From Rhodospirillales bacterium (GTDB taxonomy: Bacteria > Pseudomonadota > Alphaproteobacteria > Kiloniellales > JAKSDN01): a DNA stretch of 58,925 bases. The translations under genes and the position numbers were made by a program. The stretch spans positions 1-58,925 of the forward strand of contig JAOUCL010000002.1 of the NCBI GenBank assembly GCA_029859805.1. The letters run 5' to 3'. Under the pieces are notes generated by a model. The model did not search any database. It was not told the origin of the DNA and saw nothing but the letters and a program-made list of their open reading frames with translations. This document shows positions 57,948 through 58,925 of this stretch, in pieces (within the stretch, counting starts at the first letter, position 1; each line of letters starts with the position of its first letter).

Positions 57948-58313
57948 CTATCGTAAATAGCCGATGAAGTGCTCGCTGCCTCTGACAACGTAGGCGTTGC
58001 CGAAGCTGTCGTAGCACATCGTGCCGCCGAACCGGGCCGGATGCCCGTTCAGATACCCGGTCCCCGTGGTAGGCCGGCATCCCCGCAGGGCCGGCTGGGG
58101 CGGGGCGTAGTACTGCGGCGGCGGTGGCGCGGAGGCCCGCGTGAGCAGGCTGCCGAGCACCAAGCCGCCCAGCAGGCCGCCGACCAGATAGGCGGCGGCG
58201 TCGTTGTGATGGCGATGGCCGTGATGGCCGCGATGACCATAGCCCCCGGCCAGTGCCGGCGTCGCACCGAGCAGAAGGGCCGAGGCGGCAAGCGCCGCGA
58301 TGATTTTTCTCAT
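57948..58313 (-). CDS. Secreted Gly/His/Pro-rich hypothetical protein
   Basis: Signal peptide MRKIIAALAASALLLGATPALA, His-rich stretch, glycine-zipper GGLLGGLVLG, C-terminal domain with two Cys. Confidence 0.75.
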   Translation of the reverse strand: MRKIIAALAASALLLGATPALAGGYGHRGHHGHRHHNDAAAYLVGGLLGGLVLGSLLTRASAPPPPQYYAPPQPALRGCRPTTGTGYLNGHPARFGGTMCYDSFGNAYVVRGSEHFIGYLR

Positions 58314-58828
58314 GGCTTCATGACCTCGTTCGATCGCAGGCGATAACAGCACGCAAAGACTCTCCGGCTCTTTGCTTCTCAAGTTGGCCCTGGGGCGCGG
58401 CCCGAACCGGCGTATACAGTGATACGTGGCCGGCGGGTCCCCCATCCCCAGGCGACGCTCCGACGGGTTCGTCCCTTCCGGCAGCTCCGGCACGGCGCCT
58501 CACGCCGCCGGCGGCGTGAGGCGTCGGCGGGCCGGGCGGCGGCACGATCGGCGGGCCGGGCGGCAGGTCGGGCGGCCAAGGCGGCAACTCCTCCGGCACC
58601 GGCTCCTCCGGCGGTTTGGCCGGTGGTTTCGGAATCTGGGCATCCAGCATGGCTACTCGAAGCATAGCACGGTTTGGACACGATCGGATCGGAAACACGT
58701 TGAAACCTATTGATGCGAAGTTGCACAGATTCGCGTTATAGTATATGATATTCATTAGAATGTATCGATTTTATTGTATTCTCTCGTTATACCTCGATCG
58801 AAGTTCAACCCTCGAACAGGTTCGCGCG

Positions 58829-58925
58829 ATGGCTTCCAGCATCAGGTCCGTTCATCTTGTCCCAGCCTTAGTTGTGGCCGTCCTCTTCGGGGCGTCGCCG
58901 ACGACCGGCCGGACCGCGGCCATCG
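58829..58925 (+). CDS. Possible 5' end of a secreted protein; runs off the right edge
   Basis: MASSIRSVHLVPALVVAVLFGASPTTGRTAA resembles a signal peptide and follows an AT-rich promoter-like region. Confidence 0.4.
   Translation, partial: MASSIRSVHLVPALVVAVLFGASPTTGRTAAI

Overview
A GC-rich bacterial chromosomal segment, most likely alphaproteobacterial (inferred from DUF1491, CtrA-type TTAA-N7-TTAA boxes and alpha-type REP doublets). It carries about 50 protein genes. Envelope and housekeeping genes include tamA-tamB, mscS, prfC, a SleB-like hydrolase and gloB. Transporters include tctCBA, an MFS pump, a family-5 binding protein and a Pot-like ABC system. A dispersed set of genes points to catabolism of amino acids and N-methylated compounds: two TMADH/OYE-type flavoproteins, a non-pyrrolysine MttB, a HyuA-only protein, RidA, DadA, an EutA-like isomerase and an OCD-family enzyme. 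I saw no rRNA, tRNA or CRISPR array. The strongest unexplained structure is a Y1/HUH REP-associated transposase (RAYT, 26647-27360) with four inverted doublets of a palindrome, AAAGGTGTCAGGAACCTTTT. Their spacers are AT-rich, nearly constant in length and carry IHF-like sites, and three doublet ends show 15-19 bp tandem duplications that all stop at the same TGTCA position, a possible nick-site footprint. Also notable: a 303-bp MITE inserted exactly in a stop codon with a TAA duplication; an orphan TadA/CpaF with two small paralogous genes downstream of tandem CtrA boxes; a leaderless XRE gene paired with a conserved unknown protein; an orphan heptaheme cytochrome next to a perfect FNR box; a His-rich LVIVD propeller with a sigma-70 region-3-like insert; and two damaged genes. 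All family assignments come from motif recognition by eye; no database search was run.
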